Shown: one piece after another, positions 48,148 through 62,299 of the stretch
Position numbering within the stretch: position 1 is the first letter of the stretch
Layout: the number at the start of each line of letters is the position of its first letter
Source: Nemertoderma westbladi
Taxonomy: Eukaryota; Animalia; Xenacoelomorpha
Direction of reading: 5' to 3'
NCBI GenBank assembly: GCA_032718475.1
Contig: JAUCBJ010007659.1
Location: 2,449 to 66,448, forward strand
DNA: 64,000 nucleotides
The notes under the pieces: model-generated
Seen by the model: the letters and a program-made list of their open reading frames with translations, nothing else
Told to the model about the DNA's origin: nothing
Database searches by the model: none
Translations under genes and position numbers: made by a program

Positions 48148-48772
48148 GCATAAAACTGTTTAGGATAAATCGTGCTTCCGATTATCGTAATTTAGTTACG
48201 ATGCCATTTCAGTATGTTGCTGGGCATCTCTGTAAACAATAACTGCGAAAATCTGAGATTCCTATTATCTTCCTTATTATTACAATATAATTCACGACTG
48301 TTGTATTGTTTTATAGGTAGCCTTAGCAACAGTATCCTATACTACCTTTTAGCCAATAAAAATTGAGTTCAATGTAAACTGGGGCAGATCGTAACTTTAA
48401 TACTCGATAGAGAGCACCCTTAAATTTACGATCGAAATGAATCGTAAGTTTACAATCAAAGGGTCTGACAATTTTTATGCATATCGATTTGGTTTATAAA
48501 TGTTATAGTACATTATGATAATGCTCTCCATAGTGAAAAAATATCAACCGCCCCTATTGGGGCTCGAACTCGGTACCTAGTTGTACGAACTCGGTTGATA
48601 TTTTTTCACTATGGAGAGCATTATCATAAATGTACTATAACATTTATTTAATTCGCCGTCACCATCCCCACAACAATTCATTTATAATCGATTTGGTTTA
48701 TGATAGTCCTATCTGCTGACATACGATGATCGGAGGATTACGACGGTCGTAAGTGTTTTATGCATACGGGCC
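48044..48772. mobile_element. Non-autonomous DNA transposon with PIF/Harbinger-like TIRs
   Basis: GGCCCGTATGCATAAAAC at 48044 and GTTTTATGCATACGGGCC ending at 48772; TSD not clear. Confidence 0.7.
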
Positions 48773-49632
48773 ATTGCCTCATCACGTGGACGAATCCTAC
48801 ATGACTTCATGGATATTAATTGTTTGTGGCGGCTGACACCTATATACCATTCACTGGTCACTATCACTGTATAACCTATTGTGGGCACTTTGGATCCTCC
48901 TGCTGTACATTGACCATATTATCACATCACAATCTAGTCTAGGACAGTTTAGGAAAGGATGTGTACTAGAAGTCGACCGAGTTCATAACCATTCAGACCA
49001 TAGGCCTACATCAATTATTGCAGAACTCAAACTGCCCACGAATACTAACTCCAGCCATGGTAAAAATGTGGTTATGACAAGAAAGCAAATAAAATTCAAC
49101 TGTCCTAAACATAATATGGTTTTATAATAGACAATGCGTTAGTCCGTTTAGAAGGACATTTTCTTAGTGACCAAAAATTAATTTAATATGAATAGTCGAG
49201 TATATTTAGGGCAACAGCCCTTTATCAACTCAATTCAGTTACTGCATCTGTAAGTACAGGAGTACAGAACTAAACTACTACAGGACAGTCTATGTTGTAT
49301 GTTTATTTCAGGGTTCAGGTGGTGTAAATACATTCTCGCTGATCTTCCTGTCGGGTCAATCCCTACACCTTGATAGTGAAGGGTGGTTGAGCGCACACTC
49401 ATGTGTGTCCGTGGCTCTAGGTCGGCCTGTAAACGCCCGATACCAAACATCGCCCAAGCCTCCATCCGTCTGGCAAAGTGGCAAATGCGTACACAAGCCT
49501 AGACTAAATTGAAATTCCCGCGCTATTTTGTCTCCAAGCGAGATTTGCATACTCAACCATGTATGATATGATGGATATGTAGATGAACATTTTATGTTGT
49601 TTTTATAAACGGTACGATCCGTACTGAAAAAA

Positions 49633-52600
49633 TACTAGGTAATGCATTACTTAAACTACTAGGTAATGCATTACTCAAACTACTAGGCAATGCATTACTC
49701 AAACTACTAGGTAATGCATTGCTCAAACTACTAGGTAATGCATTGCTCAAACTAATAGGTAATGCAATACTTTAACTACTAGGTAATGCATTACTCAAAC
49801 TACTAGGTAAGGCATTGCTCAAACTACTAGTGCTACTAGGTAATTCATTACTCAATCTACTAGGTAATGCATTACTCAAACTACTAGGTAATGCATTACT
49901 CAAACTACTAGGTAATGCATTACTCAAACTACTAGGTAATGTATTGCTCAAACTAATAGGAAATGCAATACTTAAACTACTAGGTAATGCATTACTCAAA
50001 CTACTGGTAATGCATTGCTCAAACTACTAGAACTACTAGGTAATTCATTACTCAATCTACTAGGTAATGCATTACTCAAACTACTAGGTAATGCATTGCT
50101 CAAACTAATAGGTAATGCAATACTTAAACTACTAGGTAATGCATTACTCAAACTAATAGGTAATGCTAATGCATTGCTCAAACTACTAGTTACTCAATCT
50201 ACCAGGTAATGCATTACTCAAACTACTAGGTAATGCATTACTCAAACTACTAGGTAATACATTGCTCAAACTACTAGTTACTCAATCTACTAGGTAATGC
50301 ATTACTCAAACTACTAGGTAATGCATTACTCAAACTAATAGGTAATGCATTGCTCAAACTACTAGGTAATGCATTACTCAAACTAATAGGTAATGCATTA
50401 CTCAAACTACTAGGTAATGCATTGCTCAAACTACTAGGTAATGCATTACTCAAACTACTAGGTAATGCATTACTCAAACTAATAGGTAATGCATTACTTA
50501 AACTACTACGTAATGCATTACTCAAACTAATAGGTAATGCATTACTCAAACTACTAGGTAATGCATTGCTCAAACTACTAGGTAATGCATTACTCAAACT
50601 AATAGGTAATGCATTACTTAAACTACTACGTAATGCATTACTCAAACTAATAGGTAATGCATTACTTAAACAACTAGGCAATGCATTACTTAAACTACTA
50701 GGTACCGGCAATGCATTACTCAAACTACTATGTAATGCATTACTTAAACTACTAGGAAATGCATTGCTCAAACTACTAGGTAATGCATTACTCAAACTAC
50801 TAGGTAATGCATTACTCAAACTACTAGGAAATGCATTACTTAAACTACTAGGTAATGCATTGCTCAAACTACTATGCAATGCATTGCTCAAACTACTAGG
50901 TAATGCATTACTCAAACTACTAGGTAATGCATTACTCAAACTACTAGAACTACTAGGTAATGCATTACTCAAACTACTAGGTAATGCATTACTCAAACTA
51001 CTAGGTAATGCATTACTCAAACTACTAGAACTACTAGGTAATGCATTACTTGAACTACTAGGTAATGCATTACTCAAACTACTATGCAATGCATTGCTCA
51101 AACTACTAGGTAATGCATTACTCAAACTACTAGGTAATGCATTACTCAAACTACTAGGTAATGCATTACTCAAACTACTAGAACTACTAGGTAATGCATT
51201 ACTCAAACTACTAGGTAATGCATTACTCAAACTACTAGGTAATGCATTTCTCAAACTACTAGAACTACTAGGTAATGCATTACTTGAACTACTAGGTAAT
51301 GCATTACTCAAACTACTAGGTAATGCATTACTCAAACTACTAGAACTACTAGGTAATGCATTACTCAAACTACTAGGTAATGCATTACTCAAACTACTAG
51401 GTAATGCATTACTCAAACTACTAGGCAATGCATTACTTAAACTACTAGGTAATGCATTGCTCAAACTACTAGGTAATGCATTGCTCAAACTACTATGCAA
51501 TGCATTGCTCAAACTACTAGGTAATGCATTACTCAAACTACTAGGTAATGCATTACTCAAACTACTAGGTAATGCATTACTCAAACTACTAGGTAATGCA
51601 TTACTCAAACTACTAGAACTACTAGGAAATGCATTGCTCAAACTACTAGGTAATGCATTACTCAAACTACTAGGTAATGCATTACTCAAACTACTAGGCA
51701 ATGCATTACTTAAACTACTAGGTAATGCATTGCTCAAACTACTAGGTAATGTATTGCTCAAACTACTATGCAATGCATTGCTCAAACTACTAGGTAATGC
51801 ATTACTCAAACTACTAGGTAATGCATTACTCAAACTACTAGGTAATGCATTACTCAAACTACTAGGTAATGCATTACTCAAACTACTAGAACTACTAGGT
51901 AATGCATTACTTAAACTACTAGAACTACTAGGTAATGCATTACTCAAACTACTATGCAATGCATTGCTCAAACTACTAGGTAATGCATTACTCAAACTAC
52001 TAGGTAATGCATTACTCAAACTACTAGGTAATGCATTACTCAAACTACTAGAACTACTAGGTAATGCATTACTCAAACTACTAGGTAATGCATTACTCAA
52101 ACTACTAGGTAATGCATTACTCAAACTACTAGGTAATGCATTACTCAAACTACTAGAACTACTAGGTAATGCATTACTTGAACTACTAGGTAATGCATTA
52201 CTCAAACTACTAGGTAATGCATTACTCAAACTACTAGAACTACTAGGTAATGCATTACTCAAACTACTAGGCAATGCATTGCTCAAACTACTAGGTAATG
52301 CATTACTCAAACTACTAGGTAATGCATTACTAAAACTACTAGGTAATGCATTACTCAAACTAATAGGTAATGTATTACTCGAACTACTAGAACTACTATG
52401 TAATGCATTACTTAAACTACTAGGTAATGCAATACTTAAACTACTAGGTAATGCATTACTTAAACTACTAGGCAATGCAATACTTAAACTACTAGGTAAT
52501 GCATTACTTAAACTACTAGGTAATGCAATACTTAAACTACTAGGTAATGCATTACTTAAACTACTAGGTAATGCAATACTTAAACTACTAGGTAATGCAT

Positions 52601-55600
52601 TACTTAAACTACTAGGTAATGCATTACTTAATCTAGTAGGTAATGCATTACTTAAACTACTAGGTAATGCATTACTTAAACTACTAGGTAATGCATTGCT
52701 CAAACTACTAGGTAATGCATTACTCAAACTACTAGGTAATGCATTACTCAAACTACTAGGTAATGCATTACTCAAACTACTAGAACTACTAGGTAATGCA
52801 TTACTCAAACTACTAGGTAATGCATTACTCAAACTACTAGGTAATGCATTACTCAAACTACTAGGTAATGCATTACTCAAACTACTAGGTAATGCATTAC
52901 TCAAACTAATAGGTAATGTATTACTCGAACTACTAGAACTACTAGGTAATGCATTACTCAAACTACTATGCAATGCATTGCTCAAACTACTAGGTAATGC
53001 ATTACTCAAACTACTAGGTAATGCATTACTCAAACTACTAGGTAATGCATTACTCAAACTACTAGAACTACTAGGTAATGCATTACTCAAACTACTAGGT
53101 AATGCATTACTCAAACTACTAGGTAATGCATTACTCAAACTACTAGGTAATGCATTACTCAAACTACTAGAACTACTAGGTAATGCATTACTTGAACTAC
53201 TAGGTAATGCATTACTCAAACTACTAGGTAATGCATTACTCAAACTACTAGAACTACTAGGTAATGCATTACTCAAACTACTAGGCAATGCATTGCTCAA
53301 ACTACTAGGTAATGCATTACTCAAACTACTAGGTAATGCATTACTAAAACTACTAGGTAATGCATTACTCAAACTAATAGGTAATGTATTACTCGAACTA
53401 CTAGAACTACTATGTAATGCATTACTTAAACTACTAGGTAATGCAATACTTAAACTACTAGGTAATGCATTACTTAAACTACTAGGCAATGCAATACTTA
53501 AACTACTAGGTAATGCATTACTTAAACTACTAGGTAATGCAATACTTAAACTACTAGGTAATGCATTACTTAAACTACTAGGTAATGCAATACTTAAACT
53601 ACTAGGTAATGCATTACTTAAACTACTAGGTAATGCATTACTTAATCTAGTAGGTAATGCATTACTTAAACTACTAGGTAATGCATTACTTAAACTACTA
53701 GGTAATGCATTACTTAAACTACTAGGTAATGCATTACTTAAACTACTAGGTAATGCATTACTCAAACTACTAGGTAATGCATTGCTCAAACTAATAGGTA
53801 ATGCAATACGTAAACTACTAGGTAATGCATTACTTAAACTACTAGGTAATGCATTACTTAAACTACTAGGTAATGCATTACTTAAACTACTAGGTAATGC
53901 ATTACTTAAACTACTAGGTAATGCATTACTCAAACTACTAGGTAATGCATTGCTCAAACTAATAGGTAATGCAATACTTAAACTACTAGGTAATGCATTA
54001 CTCAAACTACTAGGTAATGCATTGCTCAAACTACTAGTTACTCAATCTACTAGGTAATGCATTGCTCAAACTACTAGGTTATGCATTACTTAAACTACTA
54101 GGTAATGCATTGCTCAAACTACTAGGTAATACATTGCTCAAACTACTAGGTAATGCATTGCTCAAACTACCAGGTAATGCATTACTCAAACTACTAGGTA
54201 ATGCATTACTCAAACTACTAGGTAATGCATTGCTCAAACTACTAGGGAATACATTGCTCAAACTACTAGGTAATAATGCATTGCTCAAACTACTAGGTAA
54301 TGCATTACTCAAAATAATAGGTAATGCATTACTCAAACTACTAGGTAATGCATTGCTCAAACTACTAGGTAATGCATTGCTCAAACTACTAGGTAATGCA
54401 TTACTCAAACTACTAGGTAATGCATTACTCAAACTACTAGGCAATGCATTACTTAAACTACTAGGTAATGCATTACTCAAACTACTATGCAATGCATTGC
54501 TCAAACTACTAGGTAATGCATTACTCAAACTACTAGGTAATGCATTACTTAAACTACTAGGTAATGCATTACTCAAACTACTAGAACTACTAGGTAATGC
54601 ATTACTTGAACTACTAGGTAATGCATTACTCAAACTACTAGGTAATGCATTACTCAAACTACTAGAACTACTAGGCAATGCATTACTTAAACTACTAGGT
54701 AATGCATTACTCAAACTACTAGAACTACTAGGTAATTCATTACTCAAACTACTAGGCAATGCATTGCTCAAACTACTAGGTAATGCATTACTCAAACTAC
54801 TAGGTAATGCATTACTAAAACTACTAGGTAATGCATTACTCAAACTAATAGGTAATCTATTACTCGAACTACTAGAACTACTATGTAATGCATTACTTAA
54901 ACTACTAGGTAATGCAATACTTAAACTACTAGGTAATGCATTACTTAAACTACTAGGCAATGCAATACTTAAACTACTAGGTAATGCATTACTTAAACTA
55001 CTAGGTAATGCAATACTTAAACTACTAGGTAATGCATTACTTAAACTACTAGGTAATGCAATACTTAAACTACTAGGTAATGCATTACTTAAACTACTAG
55101 GTAATGCATTACTTAATCTAGTAGGTAATGCATTACTTAAACTACTAGGTAATGCATTACTTAAACTACTAGGTAATGCATTACTTAAACTACTAGGTAA
55201 TGCATTACTTAAACTACTAGGTAATGCATTACTCAAACTACTAGGTAATGCATTGCTCAAACTAATAGGTAATGCAATACGTAAACTACTAGGTAATGCA
55301 TTACTTAAACTACTAGGTAATGCATTACTTAAACTACTAGGTAATGCATTGCTCAAACTACTAGGTAATGCATTACTTAAACTACTAGGTAATGCATTGC
55401 TCAAACTACTAGGTAATGCATTGCTCAAACTAATAGGTAATGCAATACTTAAACTACTAGGTAATGCATTACTCAAACTACTAGGTAATGCATTGCTCAA
55501 ACTACTAGGTAATGCATTACTCAAACTACTAGGTAATGCATTGCTCAAACTACTAGGTAATGCATTACTCAAACTACTAGGTAATGCATTGCTCAAACTA

Positions 55601-58600
55601 CTAGGTAATACATTGCTCAAACTACTAGGTAATGCATTGCTCAAACTACTAGGTAATGCATTGCTCAAACTACTAGGTAATGCATTACTCAAACTACTAG
55701 GTAATGCATTGCTCAAACTACTAGGTTATTGCATTACTCAAACTACTAGGTAATGAATTGCTTAAACTACTAGGTAATACATTGCTCAAACTACTAGGTA
55801 ATGCATTGCTCAAACTACTAGGTAATGCATTGCTCAAACTACTAGGTAATGCATTACTCAAACTACTAGGTTATTGCATTACACAAACTACTAGGTAATG
55901 AATTGCTTAAACTACTAGGTAATACATTGCTCAAACTACTAGGTAATGCATTGCTCAAACTACTAGGTAATGCATTACTCAATCTAATAGGTAATGCATT
56001 ACTCAAACTACTAGGTAATGCATTACTTAAACTACTAGGTAATGCATTGCTCAAACTACTAGGTAATACATTGCTAAACTACTAGGTAATGCATTGCTCA
56101 AACTACTAGGTAATGCATTACTCAAACTAATAGGTAATGCATTACTCAAACTACTGGGTAATGCATTGCTCAAACTACTAGGTAATGCATTACTCAAACT
56201 ACTAGGTAATACATTGCTCAAACTACTAGGTAATGCATTACTCAAACTACTAGGTAATGCTCTGCTCAAACTACTAGGTGATACATTACTAAAACTACTA
56301 GGTAATGCATTACTCAAACTAATAGGTAATGTATTACTCGAACTACTAGAACTACTATGTAATGCATTACTTAAACTACTAGGTAATGCAATACTTAAAC
56401 TACTAGGTAATGCATTACTTAAACTACTAGGCAATGCAATACTTAAACTACTAGGTAATGCATTACTTAAACTACTAGGTAATGCAATACTTAAACTACT
56501 AGGTAATGCATTACTTAAACTACTAGGTAATGCAATACTTAAACTACTAGGTAATGCATTACTTAAACTACTAGGTAATGCATTACTTAATCTAGTAGGT
56601 AATGCATTACTTAAACTACTAGGTAATGCATTACTTAAACTACTAGGTAATGCATTACTTAAACTACTAGGTAATGCATTACTTAAACTACTAGGTAATG
56701 CATTACTCAAACTACTAGGTAATGCATTGCTGAAACTAATAGGTAATGCAATACGTAAACTACTAGGTAATGCATTACTTAAACTACTAGGTAATGCATT
56801 ACTTAAACTACTAGGTAATGCATTACTTAAACTACTAGGTAATGCATTACTTAAACTACTAGGTAATGCATTACTCAAACTACTAGGTAATGCATTGCTC
56901 AAACTAATAGGTAATGCAATACTTAAACTACTAGGTAATGCATTACTCAAACTACTAGGTAATGCATTGCTCAAACTACTAGTTACTCAATCTACTAGGT
57001 AATGCATTGCTCAAACTACTAGGTTATGCATTACTTAAACTACTAGGTAATGCATTGCTCAAACTACTAGGTAATACATTGCTCAAACTACTAGGTAATG
57101 CATTGCTCAAACTACCAGGTAATGCATTACTCAAACTACTAGGTAATGCATTACTCAAACTACTAGGTAATGCATTGCTCAAACTGCTAGGGAATACATT
57201 GCTCAAACTACTAGGTAATAATGCATTGCTCAAACTACTAGGTAATGCATTACTCAAAATAATAGGTAATGCATTACTCAAACTACTAGGTAATGCATTG
57301 CTCAAACTACTAGGTAATGCATTGCTCAAACTACTAGGTAATGCATTACTCAAACTACTAGGTAATGCATTACTCAAACTACTAGGCAATGCATTACTTA
57401 AACTACTAGGTAATGCATTACTCAAACTACTATGCAATGCATTGCTCAAACTACTAGGTAATGCATTACTCAAACTACTAGGTAATGCATTACTTAAACT
57501 ACTAGGTAATGCATTACTCAAACTACTAGAACTACTAGGTAATGCATTACTTGAACTACTAGGTAATGCATTACTCAAACTACTAGGTAATGCATTACTC
57601 AAACTACTAGAACTACTAGGCAATGCATTACTTAAACTACTAGGTAATGCATTACTCAAACTACTAGAACTACTAGGTGATTCATTACTCAAACTACTAG
57701 GCAATGCATTGCTCAAACTACTAGGTAATGCATTACTCAAACTACTAGGTAATGCATTACTAAAACTACTAGGTAATGCATTACTCAAACTAATAGGTAA
57801 TGTATTACTCGAACTACTAGAACTACTATGTAATGCATTACTTAAACTACTAGGTAATGCAATACTTAAACTACTAGGTAATGCATTACTTAAACTACTA
57901 GGCAATGCAATACTTAAACTACTAGGTAATGCATTACTTAAACTACTAGGTAATGCAATACTTAAACTACTAGGTAATGCATTACTTAAACTACTAGGTA
58001 ATGCAATACTTAAACTACTAGGTAATGCATTACTTAAACTACTAGGTAATGCATTACTTAATCTAGTAGGTAATGCATTACTTAAACTACTAGGTAATGC
58101 ATTACTTAAACTACTAGGTAATGCATTACTTAAACTACTAGGTAATGCATTACTTAAACTACTAGGTAATGCATTACTCAAACTACTAGGTAATGCATTG
58201 CTCAAACTAATAGGTAATGCAATACGTAAACTACTAGGTAATGCATTACTTAAACTACTAGGTAATGCATTACTTAAACTACTAGGTAATGCATTACGTA
58301 AACTACTAGGTAATGCATTACTTAAACTACTAGGTAATGCATTACTCAAACTACTAGGTAATGCATTGCTCAAACTAATAGGTAATGCAATACTTAAACT
58401 ACTAGGTAATGCATTACTCAAACTACTAGGTAATGCATTGCTCAAACTACTAGGTAATGCATTACTCAAACTACTAGGTAATGCATTGCTCAAACTACTA
58501 GGTAATGCATTACTCAAACTACTAGGTAATGCATTGCTCAAACTACTAGGTAATACATTGCTCAAACTACTAGGTAATGCATTGCTCAAACTACTAGGTA

Positions 58601-59561
58601 ATGCATTGCTCAAACTACTAGGTAATGCATTACTCAAACTACTAGGTAATGCATTGCTCAAACTACTAGGTTATTGCATTACTCAAACTACTAGGTAATG
58701 AATTGCTTAAACTACTAGGTAATACATTGCTCAGACTACTAGGTAATGCATTGCTCAAACTACTAGGTAATGCATTGCTCAAACTACTAGGTAATGCATT
58801 ACTCAAACTACTAGGTTATTGCATTACTCAAACTACTAGGTAATGAATTGCTTAAACTACTAGGTAATACATTGCTCAAACTACTAGGTAATGCATTGCT
58901 CAAACTACTAGGTAATGCATTACTCAATCTAATAGGTAATGCATTACTCAAACTACTAGGTAATGCATTACTTAAACTACTAGGTAATGCATTGCTCAAA
59001 CTACTAGGTAATACATTGCTAAACTACTAGGTAATGCATTGCTCAAACTACTAGGTAATGCATTACTCAAACTAATAGGTAATGCATTACTCAAACTACT
59101 GGGTAATGCATTGCTCAAACTACTAGGTAATGCATTACTCAAACTACTAGGTAATACATTGCTCAAACTACTAGGTAATGCATTACTCAAACTACTAGGT
59201 AATGCTCTGCTCAAACTACTAGGTGATACATTGCGCAAACTACTAGGTAATGCATTGCTCAAACTACTAGGTAATACATTGCTCAAACTACTAGGTAATG
59301 CATTGCTCAAACTACTAGGTAATGCATTGCTCAAACTGCTAGATAATACATTGCTCAAACTACTAGGTAATGCATTGCTCAAACTACTAGGTTATTGCAT
59401 TACTCAAAATACTAGGTAATGCATTGCTCAAACTACTAGGTAATACATTGCTCAAACTACTAGGTAATGCATTGCTCAAACTACTAGGTAATGCATTACT
59501 CAAACTACTAGGTAATACATTGCTCAAACTACTAGGTAATGCATTACTCAAACTAATAGGT
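49633..59561. repeat. 9.9-kb array of a 24-bp minisatellite with higher-order repeats, in the GPCR intron
   Basis: Unit CTACTAGGTAATGCATTACTCAAA containing the palindrome GTAATGCATTAC; a 2945-bp higher-order duplication (54062 vs 57007). Confidence 0.97.
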
Positions 59562-59927
59562 TGTGGTAGCCTACCAATGAAATAGTGGAATATCCCCCAG
59601 TGATGGTTATTTCAATAAAAGGCAATGGCATTAATTTTATTTGCATGATTTCAATGGGCAGTGAACAAGCCGAACCTGGGCCGCCATGTGTCTCTGAACT
59701 ATCTGTTACGTAGTTCACAATAATCAATAGTAATCAATATCAGTTACCGCTCGCATAGTCGCATACCAGTGTGTCGGTGTCCCAATGGTACATATAGTAC
59801 GGCGTACAGGACTTTATCTGGTAGGCCAATAGTGATATAATCGTGGTATATCATTGTAAAGCTGATAATAGATTGTACTGTACAATAGTAAGTGTAACCA
59901 CTACTGTATTAATGTATTTTCTTGCAG

Positions 59928-60149
59928 TGAACAGCTAATTCTATATTTGTCAGCTATCGACTTCTTGGGATGTTTGTTAGTTATTCCGATCGGAGCAATA
60001 CAATTCCTTATGGACTTCAACCCATCGTTGCCATCGTTTTGCTTCATAGACAATCTGATTGTTCTTCTTATCAGTCACCAGTCCCATTTTCTTATTCTTA
60101 TCATCACGGTGGAGAGATTCATTGCTGTGTGCCGTCCCCATAGCTACCG
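59928..60149 (+). CDS. Class A GPCR, second coding exon (TM2-TM3)
   Basis: TTTTCTTGCAG| acceptor in phase with exon 1; (S)EQLILYLSAIDFLGCLLVIP...FCF...ITVERFIAVCRPHSY (LAxxD-like and DRY-like ERF motifs); ends CG|GTAAGT. Confidence 0.87.
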
Positions 60150-60239
60150 GTAAGTTGGTATCATTTTCTATATATTTTTTAGTTAAATAATGAAAAATTA
60201 AAATTAAAATAAATGTTGATTTACTTTTTATGGATATAA

Positions 60240-62000
60240 TTGATTGATACCTCGCTCAACCATTCTCAGATCCTTGGCCTGCAAAGCGGAGGCGGTGGTG
60301 TTTAAGAGACAATCTAAAGCTAGGCGGAACTAATGAGAGACCCGCAATGCTGTATATGATCAGGTTGGAGATGCGTGATTGTACTTGACACAATGAACCC
60401 GTCTCGGCACTCTTGCGAAAGTGCCACCCAGAGGATCGGTGTCCTCAGCAGGTAGAGCCCGGCATGGATTCCCTCTCATAAAGGAGATACTAGTTTAACA
60501 AAAAAATGTGCCACCACCATGTAATACACAATTGGCTTGCTGTGATGCAGCGTGCATTAAGAATGCTATGCAGGCTTATCGATAAAGTTGCGCCGCCACA
60601 ACTCCCTATCTCCCATGACTTTCCCGAGATATTCTCCATCTTCAAGGCCAGTGTCCTTTAAGACGCGTCTCACGAAAGTCATGGGATGTCCATCATGCTT
60701 ATTTTCAACATGGGGCTGCCAAAGCACAACATTGTGCACAGGCTGGCCCTCACGGCGAAAACAATGTCCTGCAAAGCGGAGGCAGCTTTGTTCTAGTGTC
60801 AAGCTTGGGGGAACCAATTAGACAGAACCATTTGAAGTGTTATGGGGCGTCCTCCAAGGAGACACACTTGCACCATTCTTGTTCATTATTGTGGTTGACT
60901 ATGTTCTACGCATGTCCTTAGATCATCATAATGATGATGGGGTGATGATAACTCCACCTACTGGCTCCAGAAGTCGAGGAAATCCTGCCAAGTACCTAAC
61001 TGATCTAGACTTTGCTGATGACTTAGGAGTACTCTCAGAATCATTAGAGGGAGCCCAACGGCTCCTCAGCTCATTAGAACATGCTGCTTCTAGTGTTGGT
61101 CTTTTTATTAACTCCAGAAAGACCAAAATTATGACAGTTAACTTTGAAAGTCCTCAGCAAGTCTCTGATCGGATGAGCATAAGCTCAAAGGATGGTATGC
61201 TTGAGCATGTGGACGACTTCTGTTACCTGGGATCATGGATCCGGAAGTCAGGTGAGGACCTTCGAATACGTTAGGGAAAGGCATGGGCAGCCTTGAATAG
61301 GCTTTGCAGGATTTGGAAGTCACCGAGAATTAATCGGAAACTTAAGGTCCGATTATTTAGAGCAGCAGTAGTTCCAGTACTCCTCTACGGGAGTCCATGC
61401 TGGGCTCTAACTGCTGAGGACACCAAATCTCTGGATGGCACATTCCCAAGAATGCTACGCCGGGTTCATTGTGTCAAGTACAATGCACACATCTCCAACC
61501 AGACACTATATAACATTGGAGGTGTCTCATTGGTTCCCCCAAGCTTGACACTAGAACAAAATCGCCTCCGCTTTACAGGACATTGCTTTCGCCGTGAGGA
61601 CCAGCCAGTGCATAATCTTGTACTTTGACAGCCTCATGGAGTGAATAAACATGGTGGACAGCCCATGACTTTCTTGAGACGCATCTTAAAGGACACAGGC
61701 CTTAAAGATGCGGATGATCTAGCAAATGTCATGGGTGATAGGGAGTTGTGGCGGTGCAATTTTGTTGACAAGCCGGCACAGCCTTCCTAAAAATGCAGCT
61801 GCAATGCAGCATGCCGATCCTAGTAGTAGTAACCAATTAGACACCTCCAATGTTATATAGTGTCTGGTTGGAGATGTGTGCATTGTATTTGAAACAGTGA
61901 ACCCGGGGTAGCATTCTTGTGAATGAGCCAGCCAGAGATTTGGTGTCCTCGGCAGTTAAAGCCCAGCATGGACTCCCATAGAGGAGTACTGGAACTACCA
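60240..62000. mobile_element. RTE-like LINE RT/3' region with inverted partial copies
   Basis: GVLQGDTLAPFLF...FADD...YLGS on + (60837-61790, with stops); minus-strand copies of its 3' end at ~60240-60470, 60566-60830 and 61830-62000. Confidence 0.85.
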
Positions 62001-62299
62001 ATATATACTGTATTTGATGATCAGTAATCCCGGATATAATATTGTATCTAGAAAGGAGTGGAATGGCGTGACGTGATTAGATAATTAGTGAGAGAGGTCA
62101 GAGGTATGAGAGGTTTCTATGCAAATAGGAAGTGAGCAAACAATGCTTTGTGTATTAGATGGGATATAAGACTGTGTATTAGTAGTATAATCAATAAAGC
62201 CCAATGGGATGGTGCATATTGGTAAACTACAGTAGAGGGAGACAATGATGTGTTGGTAAAAAGGCCCCTTACAGTGTTCTGAAATTTGGACAACATATA

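Larger units (their letters stand above)
45423..49130 (+). mobile_element. Degraded LINE AP-endonuclease region split by nested insertions
   Basis: IANFNTKG...IQEYWL (45590-45710), PIILADTNA (47270-47300, GDFN-like), SSRGRILHDF (~48778), and YIDHII...SDHRP (48905-49010). Confidence 0.65.

Noticed and set aside
50274-59419. 1200-aa Leu-rich or Ser-rich proteins (LRR-like or antimicrobial-like)
   Set aside because: Pure 24-bp satellite open on both strands, no ATG-led unique domain, and located in an intron.
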